From the IMG/VR virus record IMGVR_UViG_3300032242_000818, positions 32,001 to 96,000 of that record: DNA of 64,000 nucleotides; one strand, given 5' to 3'. The notes below the pieces were generated by a model. The model was given only the letters and a program-made list of their open reading frames with translations, searched no databases and was not told the DNA's origin. The translations under genes were made by a program, and so were the position numbers. The DNA is from a virus. Each line of letters opens with the position of its first letter. Position 1 is the first letter of the stretch. Positions 28,001 through 36,000 of the stretch are shown here, piece after piece.

Positions 28001-28482
28001 TCTGGATCGCGTTCACCAGAAGAGTGCATGGTGATAGATTTAAAATTATAGTGTCCATGAGCCCCATGCTGACCATTATACTTATGAAGTAAATCATGCA
28101 TGGCTTGGTGACGATCAGAACCAGCAACTACGTGTAGGTGGTTAACGCCAGCAGCATGGGCTTGTGCCGCATGATGAAGGATAGTAGGATGTTCTTTGCT
28201 TGCTGCAGTTATGTTAGTTCCAGAAAATGCGTTTCTGGCGTGAGTAACTTTCTGTTCAGGACTTAATGGATTCTTTTTAGGATCATGACTATGAGAAAGA
28301 ATAACTGCATGGTCAGCTCCATGTTCTTTAGCAACAGAACGAACTTTATTTACTACTTGTTCATGTCCAACAGTTGGAGGATTCATGCGACCAAATGCAA
28401 TTACTTTAGATTTAAGAGAAACAGATTTATCTGTCTTTTCTTTCCCACCCAATTCTTCTTGTAGTTTTTTATATATTAACAT
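25057..28482 (-). CDS. cytidylyltransferase-like domain fused to a modular, probably capsid-internal polyprotein
   Basis: FGRMNPPTVGH, VVAGSDR, G.RDPD.EG..G.S.SKMR; then basic modules separated by KEE/LDE/IDE/KEG/NEE motifs. Confidence 0.75.
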   Translation of the reverse strand: MLIYKKLQEELGGKEKTDKSVSLKSKVIAFGRMNPPTVGHEQVVNKVRSVAKEHGADHAVILSHSHDPKKNPLSPEQKVTHARNAFSGTNITAASKEHPTILHHAAQAHAAGVNHLHVVAGSDRHQAMHDLLHKYNGQHGAHGHYNFKSITMHSSGERDPDSEGTSGISGSKMREHAASGNKAEFHKGAPSTMSTKHKDAMYNDVRKGMSLKEETKEQQDDRAAQLKRFKDQMTKANGPKKDTELGLDKKEKEAMVQVQEVLRPDMGAGAYINDFIKSTHPRFNNKSKAERRRMAIGAYMAAKANGMKEEVVSEEDIGKHNNATTGFKPLVKKLTPKYGKEAAGRIAGSIKKKVMAKEEVQIDELSTDLLGKYKTAAHASAKTADASGNYAKGDKRFKGINKATNKQFDNDLKKHGQIKEGTIQTNGTDQIETSTSAPSASTAKDTTMGKKIKGFKFFSGENDKQMNMNQPVKEGYYEKPASAYRRKGDEIGGGSSKTDVPFDGPYTSSFKKPSNPNRTGMDSARSLAQRAMDQVNKQKPVKEEIELEEGDLTVRTLYNKFANAHVNGNDTKSTEKVVKKVHGDEVFKHMKKAANANAKGDMDSEERHFDNAQTAAKKTDRIGGTVGRGRSEFMRKRREWSEEVELDETKDKREYGYEGDMAMNQLKTLVRCAEMIEDCLKPDTDLPEWVQSKITLATDYIQTAADYLYSEAEVKEGYRSYSGRSHGHAYGGGGFGKREREDDEYHVPDPTPVAPTIARKYIKGTPENKAAKAASKPINGHPTNEEVLDEKSDQARRNKTMKNMLDTIRGAKFKLNNPVPDTDHKTAQEKNKAIGRALRNESMTGNPGKGYHGACGTADEKYEEMHKHVKNLTDGDDKTVKHYLDSGHGEKLAGREEDHDHIKSDFKKFMKYYRPEMNDPKPAVKEETTPVGKPQKITTKTAVIKLHPNGVASDTEEGWAKPKIKEGTMKSYKDFLQSLSEASKKKPAWLLAAELKAEKREGKLKEETEELDESTYADADKAKAVASALKQKHNDGNYSVKQTKNGHKVVHAYHGDAKVKSQCKSMNEELQIDEIKMADVPSRMIKGKSYGADYEDPEGAFETKKDMKKPEKAGRKAGAGAGVYKPRATMSKLKSAGATYK
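25058..25065 (-). promoter_or_regulatory. T4 late promoter
   Basis: exact TATAAATA about 30 bp upstream of the 25029 start. Confidence 0.75.
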
Positions 28483-28483
28483 A

Positions 28484-28903
28484 TTAGCAATTCCATTTTC
28501 TTAGAGCAAGTGCTTTACGAGTTGGTTCACCATTAGGTTTCTTCATTGGACCGTCAACACCACTCATACGTGCACAGAAAGACTTACGACGATTTGCTGC
28601 TTTGCTACCAGCCTTTAACTTTGAAGGTGGAGTTGTTACTGGTGCTTTTAGATGACCGCCCTGAGCATTATAATGATCGCGTCCTTTTTGAGTCAGACCA
28701 CCAGTAGATGATTTGTAACCCTTGGCATCAACTGCAGCTTCGTTGGTTTGAGAAGCCTTTAATGCAGCAGCAGTTGGAGCACCTTTGCTTCCTGGTTTGC
28801 GCATGTGTTCACCAGAACCATTCTTGATTCTTTCTTGTTTAGCGTGAATGTTATCCCACAATCCACGTTTACCTTCTTCGAGGTATTCTTTAAATGAGAT
28901 CAT
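28484..28903 (-). CDS. DUF6321-like basic protein with capsid-targeting-like N-terminus
   Basis: MISFKEYLEE; GGLT.KGR..YN, LKAPV, RRKSFCARMSG, ALRKWNC. Confidence 0.75.
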   Translation of the reverse strand: MISFKEYLEEGKRGLWDNIHAKQERIKNGSGEHMRKPGSKGAPTAAALKASQTNEAAVDAKGYKSSTGGLTQKGRDHYNAQGGHLKAPVTTPPSKLKAGSKAANRRKSFCARMSGVDGPMKKPNGEPTRKALALRKWNC

Positions 28904-30114
28904 TTTTTATAAACCTTTAACAAGTTTGCTTTACTAAACTCTTTACGATTAACTAATTTAGTTGGTTGTTCTTTACCATTGTGTTCATGATTAACAACAA
29001 ATCCTTCTGGATCTGTTTTGTTATCGCCAATGTGATGCTCAAGACCACCAGTATGAGTATTTAAATGTTTCACTAAAACATTCTTGGCAGCAGCCAAATG
29101 ACTGTGCATGTTCAATAGATTATCGTAATGTGACTTATTCTTTTCGATATGCGCTACTTGCGCAGCACCTTCGCTAGTATGTTTTGCTTTTGCTGCATCA
29201 GACTTAACACTAGCTGCTTTCTTTTCATAGTGAGCAGTAACATGTCCTTGCAAACCTTTTGCAGTTGGAACTGAATCTGTTTTAACTGTATGATTAATAT
29301 AAGAAGCCAAGTGTCCAGTATCACCACTATGCGCTGGGTGAACCGCATCATACATTTTATGACCATGAGTATCATGAATATCTTTTGCAGCATTCATATG
29401 CTTATGGAATTCGTCTTGGGCTTCTTTTGGATAATTTACTTTAGAAGTGTCATGATTAGCAGTCTTAAGGTGAACATCTTTATGTTCACCAAAGTTATGA
29501 GTATCTGGATGCGGAGTAACATGCATTGATTCTAAAGACTTAGGATCTGCACCTTCACCATGCTCATATTTTTGGTGAACAGCTACACCAATCTTTGAGC
29601 CAGATGCTTTCTTTGCTTCATCGCCATGAGCAGTATAAGAGATTGTATTTGGAGTAAACTTAGCAGAACCTGATTTCTTATCAGTCTTGACATCACCTTC
29701 TGAGTGCATAATGTCGCCTTGGTAAACGCCAGTCTTTGGAGTTACTTTTGGTAGATGTTTTAATGCTGCTTTTAATTTAACTGCTAATCCAGGAGCATGA
29801 CCATGGTTCTTATCAATGTCAGCTTCTGTGTGATTAATCTTTGGATCTTTATTGAAAGCACCTTTTGTGCCAACAAAGAACTTACCATTCTTAGGATGAT
29901 GACCGAAAACAACTGAAGGAGAACCATCATACTTCATTGTTAGTTTACTATTGTTTGCGCCAGCAACAGTATGATTATGGGCTTGCATTAGTGCGCCATG
30001 AGCATGCTCGAAACCTTCATGTCCATGCATCAATGGACGATCTTCAGCATGAGTAATATGCTTTAGTTTTTCGCCTTCAGCTTCTTCTTTTAAAAATGTT
30101 TGAAACGATTTCAT
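28900..30114 (-). CDS. DUF6267-like protein with ATP-dependent ligase-type motifs
   Basis: start MKSFQTFLKEE at 30114; KYDGSP, YQGD, PEGFVV, KLVNR. Confidence 0.7.
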   Translation of the reverse strand: MKSFQTFLKEEAEGEKLKHITHAEDRPLMHGHEGFEHAHGALMQAHNHTVAGANNSKLTMKYDGSPSVVFGHHPKNGKFFVGTKGAFNKDPKINHTEADIDKNHGHAPGLAVKLKAALKHLPKVTPKTGVYQGDIMHSEGDVKTDKKSGSAKFTPNTISYTAHGDEAKKASGSKIGVAVHQKYEHGEGADPKSLESMHVTPHPDTHNFGEHKDVHLKTANHDTSKVNYPKEAQDEFHKHMNAAKDIHDTHGHKMYDAVHPAHSGDTGHLASYINHTVKTDSVPTAKGLQGHVTAHYEKKAASVKSDAAKAKHTSEGAAQVAHIEKNKSHYDNLLNMHSHLAAAKNVLVKHLNTHTGGLEHHIGDNKTDPEGFVVNHEHNGKEQPTKLVNRKEFSKANLLKVYKK

Positions 30115-30116
30115 AC

Positions 30117-30563
30117 TTACCCTATTTTCTTTGCAGAAGCACGTAAGAACCAACCATGCTTCTGATGCGTATCTATTCTATCAGCAATAAAATTGCAAAT
30201 ACCTTGTTGTTTATTCGCATTTGCAATAGTGAACACTTTATTTAGGCTGGCAAGGACTTCGTCGTTTGCCTGTATCAAACTCGCTAGAATATCAGAAAGA
30301 AGGATAACTCTAGTTGTTTCTTCTTCTAATGTTTTATATGTGTAAAGTTCATCAATACTAACTGGAGCATACTCATCTAACTTACGTAGTAGTTCAGCAG
30401 TTGGATCTACAGAGTTATAAACATCAGTATATATTTCTTCAAAGAATGTATGATACTGAGTAAATTCAATACCTTCTACGTTCCAATGAAACTGGTGTGT
30501 CTTATAATACATTACTGTTGCATTAGCCAGTAATACTTTAATTGCTGTTTTTAACTCATCCAT
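30117..30563 (-). CDS. dps: Dps/ferritin-like DNA protection protein
   Basis: H.FHWNV.G..F...H..FEE.Y, D..AE, K..WFL. Confidence 0.92.
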   Translation of the reverse strand: MDELKTAIKVLLANATVMYYKTHQFHWNVEGIEFTQYHTFFEEIYTDVYNSVDPTAELLRKLDEYAPVSIDELYTYKTLEEETTRVILLSDILASLIQANDEVLASLNKVFTIANANKQQGICNFIADRIDTHQKHGWFLRASAKKIG

Positions 30564-30565
30564 TA

Positions 30566-31450
30566 TTATATTCCAGGTGTAACTGTAGTGTTTGACATAG
30601 GGTCAGAAGTCTTAGAAGTAAAGTCCTGTGGACATTCTCCAGTATGTTGCATATTACAAACAGGGCAATAGTTCTTAACAGTAGATTTAAAAGACTTCAA
30701 TTTTTTCTTTTCTACTTTCTTCTCTACTAATTTTACATTTTGAAGCCACTTGCTAACTAACTTGCCAGTAGATTCTTTTAATAAAAGGTGATTAGATCCA
30801 CGCTTAACAATTTCATATTGTTCGCCATCGGACTCTACTTGCTCACCAACATTAAAGATTTCACCACGGAAATACTGTTCGCGTAGTTCGTCTTTAACTA
30901 ATTTAATTTCTTCTTTGATTGGTTCAAGTCCTGAACCAATTCTGATATCATTCATCAATCTACGAGAATCAATGTCGCGAATCGATGATGGTAAATTATT
31001 TTTAAAATCTTCGTATAATCCCTTTACAGCATAACTACGAGTAGCGTCTTCGCTGTCAGGATCTTTTGCAAAAGCTGAAATAACAGTGGCTTCTTTCAAA
31101 GATCTCTTTAATGGGACAACTTTATCCGCACTTGTTACAACTATAACATTACGGTATGTTTCTTTTAATTTAGAAACTACTTCACTTAGGTTATCTGAGT
31201 AAGTAGAGAAAGTAATGTTCGGAAACAACAGATTCAAATACTGTAACTTCTTTTCTACTATTAGAGGATTCTTTTTAGCGTCGCTGATATCGGACGCATA
31301 GATGGCGTAACTAGCATTCTTCTGCTCAGCTACAGATTTGACAGCCTTGATTAAGAGTTCATGTCCGATCGTCGGAGGGTTGAACTTTGAACAGGCTAGA
31401 ACTATCGTTTTACTCGGTAGTTCTCTAATTAATTGTCTATAATCTTTCAT
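30566..31450 (-). CDS. second, degenerate cytidylyltransferase-like protein
   Basis: FNPPTIGH and KKNPL retained, GSDR and SxSKMR degenerate; REQYFRGEIF.VG domain; CPVC..H..C tail. Confidence 0.7.
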   Translation of the reverse strand: MKDYRQLIRELPSKTIVLACSKFNPPTIGHELLIKAVKSVAEQKNASYAIYASDISDAKKNPLIVEKKLQYLNLLFPNITFSTYSDNLSEVVSKLKETYRNVIVVTSADKVVPLKRSLKEATVISAFAKDPDSEDATRSYAVKGLYEDFKNNLPSSIRDIDSRRLMNDIRIGSGLEPIKEEIKLVKDELREQYFRGEIFNVGEQVESDGEQYEIVKRGSNHLLLKESTGKLVSKWLQNVKLVEKKVEKKKLKSFKSTVKNYCPVCNMQHTGECPQDFTSKTSDPMSNTTVTPGI

Positions 31451-31481
31451 TTAATCCATCAATTTAATAGTGTTATATGGT

Positions 31482-31489
31482 TATTTATA
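31482..31489 (-). promoter_or_regulatory. T4 late promoter
   Basis: exact TATAAATA about 30 bp upstream of 31450. Confidence 0.75.
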
Positions 31490-31496
31490 AGAGGTA

Positions 31497-32864
31497 TTAT
31501 TTCATTGAGAACTTAATACCAGTATTATCCGAGTCTTTGGCGTTCGCTCCATAGGCAAACTTAAAGGTAGCATTAGAGAATAATTTCTTTTCGAAGCCCA
31601 TAGACTCTCCAGGGAATGTTAGATATACCTGTTCTGTCTTCATTTCTCTACTAATATTATTTAAGATCTCCTGATAAATCGGAGTCTTGTTCATATAATC
31701 AACAAGGGCATAGCCCATTGGAGCCAATACTAGAGAATAGTATTTCTTATAAGTTGGGGTGCTAAAAACAACTTTTAAAGAATCATCGGAAGCATTCTTA
31801 CCCAGCGTATCATACACATCTTTAAATTCTGCATTAAAAGATTTCATTCTATTCTCTGCTTTTTTAGAAGCGTCGGCAATCTTTTGAATTTTAGCTGAGA
31901 CATGTTCAATAGTAAAATCTGCTTTTGCTCCAATAGCACTCTTTAGTTTAGTATATGCTGGTAGGTTTAGAGTTTTATATGCAGCAAGAATTTTAGTAGA
32001 AGTATTACCTGAATCAGAAGCAAGTGCTTGGAGAACTCCAATTGCTTTCTTTTCTTCAGCTGTTGGTGTTTTATACACAGTTTTGATATTTTCAACAATC
32101 GCTCCGATAGAAGGAGCAGCACCTGCTTCAAATTTAGCAGATACATCAACAGGAACAATCTTTGTACCTATTTTAATTTTAATAACATAGTCAACTAATG
32201 CAGCGTTACTTTCTAGAGAAAAGTAACACTCAGTCCAACCCTTAGAAAAATTTTGCGTTAGATACCAACGTAAAGAAAGAACTTCCCCAAAGTCTTTACC
32301 AATGGCTTGTTTGTCTTGTTGCTTTACAATTTTAAACGCTTTCTTTGCAGCAGCATTCATAGGAATGTTATCTCTATGAGTTGTATTTGCTGCAACGCTT
32401 TCATATAATGTTTTGATACAATCTTTAACATCATTAGGAACAGATACTGCTTTAATACCAGCATAAACTGCTTTATCAAACTCAGCAAGTGTTTTAAATT
32501 TCTTATCTGTCAATAGAAGTTTATCTGGAGCAAGATCTTTAGTTTTAAGACTACCTTTCTCAGTAAAGGTATTTACAATTAAGAATTGTTCTTTTGCTGC
32601 GCAAGAAGCAACTGCTGTTTTTATTGTTATTAGTTTTGCTTTGTATTTACCCGAAATTGATTTTTCTTCAGTTGGAGTTAAATCTGAAATAGTCCCAACG
32701 ATTTTGGCTTCTTTTAAAAGGGCATCTAAAGATCCAGGGTATGCTACTTCCACTGCATTAATCTGAGTTTGATAACGTGATTTTTTAATTGATGATTTTA
32801 TTTGTTTACCCTTTAAGTAAACATCAATCTTTTTGGCAGTTGCCGTAAGTTTAGTATAATCCAT
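31497..32864 (-). CDS. Lys-rich hypothetical protein, possible PD-(D/E)xK nuclease fold
   Basis: KDFGEV...SN.ALVD...VSAK pattern. Confidence 0.5.
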   Translation of the reverse strand: MDYTKLTATAKKIDVYLKGKQIKSSIKKSRYQTQINAVEVAYPGSLDALLKEAKIVGTISDLTPTEEKSISGKYKAKLITIKTAVASCAAKEQFLIVNTFTEKGSLKTKDLAPDKLLLTDKKFKTLAEFDKAVYAGIKAVSVPNDVKDCIKTLYESVAANTTHRDNIPMNAAAKKAFKIVKQQDKQAIGKDFGEVLSLRWYLTQNFSKGWTECYFSLESNAALVDYVIKIKIGTKIVPVDVSAKFEAGAAPSIGAIVENIKTVYKTPTAEEKKAIGVLQALASDSGNTSTKILAAYKTLNLPAYTKLKSAIGAKADFTIEHVSAKIQKIADASKKAENRMKSFNAEFKDVYDTLGKNASDDSLKVVFSTPTYKKYYSLVLAPMGYALVDYMNKTPIYQEILNNISREMKTEQVYLTFPGESMGFEKKLFSNATFKFAYGANAKDSDNTGIKFSMK

Positions 32865-32889
32865 AGTAACCTAATAATCTATAATTTGA

Positions 32890-32896
32890 TATTTAG
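32890..32896 (-). promoter_or_regulatory. possible late promoter (CTAAATA)
   Basis: CCTAAATAT 25 bp upstream of 32864. Confidence 0.5.
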
Positions 32897-33588
32897 GTCA
32901 GTCTATTATACTTGCGATCCCATTTACCTATCTGGTCTATGATCTTACGAGTGGCTTGATTGTTTCTTAAATCATAGTTAAATGTTTTTAAGAAATAGTG
33001 AAGTGTAGAAGAATCTCGTTTCTTTAAGTAACGATTCAACAGGATGTTGATATCTACATTTGGTCTGCGCATTTTATAGTCTAGATACACACAATGCGCA
33101 TATGCTTGTATCTCATCAAACTCAGAGAGATATGCTCTCTGTTCATCTTTCTTAGCGTTTCCTACTTTCTTATAGGGAACTACATAATTGCTCCATTCAT
33201 CACCACGTCTATCATATTGCATAAAATGAATCATCTCATGCATCAGAGTTTGTAGTAAACGAAATTTAAATGATGCCCAAGATTTATCGCTGAATGGGAA
33301 TATGTTATATTTTTGTGTATAGATTTGAAGAGTTATCTGGCGTTTTTCTGTGTCATACTCGCCACCGATAGCCACATAGTTTTCAGTCCACTTTGCTTTG
33401 GACTTTTCTTTGCGCCACTCAATTTTAGTGCGCCATTTTCTTACGTAATTTGATAACCCTATTGGATTGTTTTTATAAGAATCTAGATCCACCCATACTT
33501 TTGATGGAATGAGTTTTGCTCTGAATGGACGCTCATAGAAATTGAGTAAGTCCAGCCAGTCGTAAGTTGCGTTCTCTAGGAATTTCAT
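32893..33588 (-). CDS. HExxH zincin-like protein
   Basis: LMHEMIHFMQ plus downstream YL...DEIQAYA. Confidence 0.6.
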   Translation of the reverse strand: MKFLENATYDWLDLLNFYERPFRAKLIPSKVWVDLDSYKNNPIGLSNYVRKWRTKIEWRKEKSKAKWTENYVAIGGEYDTEKRQITLQIYTQKYNIFPFSDKSWASFKFRLLQTLMHEMIHFMQYDRRGDEWSNYVVPYKKVGNAKKDEQRAYLSEFDEIQAYAHCVYLDYKMRRPNVDINILLNRYLKKRDSSTLHYFLKTFNYDLRNNQATRKIIDQIGKWDRKYNRLT

Positions 33589-33608
33589 GGTTCCCAGAAG
33601 ATACTTGC

Positions 33609-34217
33609 TTAACTAAATTGCTTCTCCAAAAATGCAAGAACCTTCCCCTGCTCCTCTAAGTTAGTATTTGCAAACTCAGTAATATATGGCATAAGGTCAA
33701 AATTAGACATCAAGTTACTATATTTAGTTTCTCTTCCACGTAGGAATTGCTCGGACTGATCGGATCCACGATCTCGATATCTTTGTTCTAGGATATCCTT
33801 TGGAGCCTTTAAAAATACCACTTCTAGTTGGGTGTTCGGGAGACACATACAGAACTCTAGGAATGATTGGTTAAAAACCCTATCTCCCTCGAAAAGGATA
33901 TTACAGTTGTGGGAAGCGACCCATTCTTGAAGAGGTGGTTGAACAGCCATAGAAAGTCGATCGGTTCCAGCAAAGGTTTCGCCCTCGTCATATTTACCGA
34001 GGATGTATAGATCTCGTTCTGTATTATAAGAGGCATTTACTAATTTAGCAGGAGAAACTTCTAGCCAAGTTTTATCTTCCATAAACTTACGGAACAAAGT
34101 AGTCTTGCCAGTTCCAGGAGAACCACCAACTGCGATAATCTTTCTGGTCTTCATAGGATTAGTTACCCTTTCTACATTAATAGTGTCAACTACACCTACG
34201 TTCTCATTAAATGCCAT
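33609..34217 (-). CDS. P-loop kinase, 5-hydroxymethyluracil-DNA kinase-like
   Basis: GGSPGTGKTT, LGKY...FAGTDRLS, LFEGDR; next to aGPT-PPlase gene. Confidence 0.8.
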   Translation of the reverse strand: MAFNENVGVVDTINVERVTNPMKTRKIIAVGGSPGTGKTTLFRKFMEDKTWLEVSPAKLVNASYNTERDLYILGKYDEGETFAGTDRLSMAVQPPLQEWVASHNCNILFEGDRVFNQSFLEFCMCLPNTQLEVVFLKAPKDILEQRYRDRGSDQSEQFLRGRETKYSNLMSNFDLMPYITEFANTNLEEQGKVLAFLEKQFS

Positions 34218-34623
34218 TTCTAATTTCCTCAATCATTTTAATCAGTTCTTCTTTACTAAAAACCCAAACACGTCCACGAAAAGAATGTGTATCAGTATTC
34301 TGATCAGTTCTCTTTGTAAAGGTCATCTTGTTAGTAACTTCTTCTGAAGCATACTTTGATAGATTACGTTTAATCTCAGTAGCATAATCTACATTACTTT
34401 CACGTAGTTTCATAAGTTCAAACTCTTGAACTCGATGTTCAACAGTCAACTCATTTAGTGAGTAACGATCTAAAATCATTTCAACTGGTGGGCGGACAGC
34501 AATAGTTGCACCAGTGGTATTCATAGTTATAGTATTACCAGTAGTATTTGAAACTGCAATATTATTCATATCTTCCCAGATAGCATTAGTAAGCCCAGTC
34601 ATTTGTCCTTTAGTCACAGCCAT
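34207..34623 (-). CDS. hypothetical protein
   Basis: 138 aa, coupled on both sides. Confidence 0.6.
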   Translation of the reverse strand: MAVTKGQMTGLTNAIWEDMNNIAVSNTTGNTITMNTTGATIAVRPPVEMILDRYSLNELTVEHRVQEFELMKLRESNVDYATEIKRNLSKYASEEVTNKMTFTKRTDQNTDTHSFRGRVWVFSKEELIKMIEEIRNGI

Positions 34624-35639
34624 TAAAAATTCTCCAATCCAATTAAAACAGGTTCTTCATCATCAAACATCCACTCCAAGTTTTCTATTTTACCTGAACT
34701 TAGGAAAGAAGAAAACTTTTCTTTATCAATTCCTCTTTTGTGATCAAGACGAAAGTCAATAGTCTCTTCACGTGATTGCCAAAGAACATCCCAATCAATA
34801 CCATACCAACCATCGTTTTCTGCTTTAATAATCTCTTCTGCCTGACGATCTAAGTAGTAACCAAGATAACGACCATGATGTTCTCTAAAGATTTTCTTAA
34901 AAGAACATAAGCAGGTTTCCATTGTAAAGAAGTCTACTTGCGTTTCCAAATCTGGGAATCTATCTTTGGTTTCGGTGAGAATATATCTGGCTTCTGACTC
35001 AAGATTCGTATACTCGCTACTAGTGAGTTTTCTATCCATATCGTCGTGTCTGCCGAGGGCGCAAAGTAATCCATTACGATGAGAACGAGAGCCATCAAAA
35101 TCATCCAGCATGAGACTAGTAGGGCTGATGCGAATACCAGCGGTATGCTTAAGATGCTGAAGGTAAAACCAAGTGGAATAACGACCAAACTTATGCAGCC
35201 CAGACTTAACGCTTTCCCACAGATTATCAAAGTTGACTTCCTCATTATCTCCATAAAATCTTTCCAATCTTTCTCGTTGAGATCTGCCACCAATGAACTG
35301 TTGATATGAAGCAAACATGGCAGGTAGATGCCCCTTGTTCCACTTTGTATCAGTTTGGTAGCGTAATCGTTTATAGTTTGTTGCGTTCCACTGCGTAATG
35401 CGATCAACTGTTGCTAATTCAAAATCAGGAAACTCATTCATCAATACCCATGCAGTTGGTAATTGATAAGTGTTGCCGTATAGCCAAGCGAGCCAAAGAC
35501 GTTGTTCATCATTATGCTCGTAACGCTTATTGAGATAGTTCGTGCACCAAACAGCTGGGTCACAATCATCATACTTTAATGACCATGCATACCAGCGGAT
35601 GAACGCTTCTCTATTATTTTGCGGAAGTCTGTAATCCAT
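34623..35639 (-). CDS. amino acid:DNA transferase (alpha-glutamyl/putrescinyl thymine pyrophosphorylase clade 2-like)
   Basis: D.DP, WL..LYG.TY, HhH-like FGRYSTWFY, METCLCSFKK, RYLGYY. Confidence 0.8.
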   Translation of the reverse strand: MDYRLPQNNREAFIRWYAWSLKYDDCDPAVWCTNYLNKRYEHNDEQRLWLAWLYGNTYQLPTAWVLMNEFPDFELATVDRITQWNATNYKRLRYQTDTKWNKGHLPAMFASYQQFIGGRSQRERLERFYGDNEEVNFDNLWESVKSGLHKFGRYSTWFYLQHLKHTAGIRISPTSLMLDDFDGSRSHRNGLLCALGRHDDMDRKLTSSEYTNLESEARYILTETKDRFPDLETQVDFFTMETCLCSFKKIFREHHGRYLGYYLDRQAEEIIKAENDGWYGIDWDVLWQSREETIDFRLDHKRGIDKEKFSSFLSSGKIENLEWMFDDEEPVLIGLENF

Positions 35640-35952
35640 CTAGATGTTCAAATTCCATTTTTAATTCATTAATTAACATATTTAATTGCTTGATTGCAGT
35701 TTTCTCTTCACGAATTTCTCTTGCTGCTTTATTCTGATCATCAAAACATACGCAACAATATCCACGAACATCGTTTTTGCGTTTCCTTGTGCTTTGAGAT
35801 TTTAAATAAAATGCGCTTAGTGGTTTATATACCCTACAGCATTTACACCAAGATACTGCTCTTGATTTTGTTCCATCAAGATTAGTTACCCATGCATCTT
35901 CAGCAATTTTCCTCGTAACAACTGCTAAATTTTCTTTTCTTAAGTGTGTCAT
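35614..35952 (-). CDS. Zn-finger protein (CxxC...CxxC)
   Basis: CKCC...KPLSAFY...YCCVC. Confidence 0.6.
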   Translation of the reverse strand: MTHLRKENLAVVTRKIAEDAWVTNLDGTKSRAVSWCKCCRVYKPLSAFYLKSQSTRKRKNDVRGYCCVCFDDQNKAAREIREEKTAIKQLNMLINELKMEFEHLDGLQTSAK

Positions 35953-35971
35953 AGTGTGTTCCCAAAATTAT

Positions 35972-36000
35972 ATTTTACTATAAAAATGAATGAAAGTCAA
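35972..36000 (-). promoter_or_regulatory. internal sigma70-type promoter
   Basis: TTGACT-17 bp-TAAAAT overlapping the GNAT stop. Confidence 0.6.
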
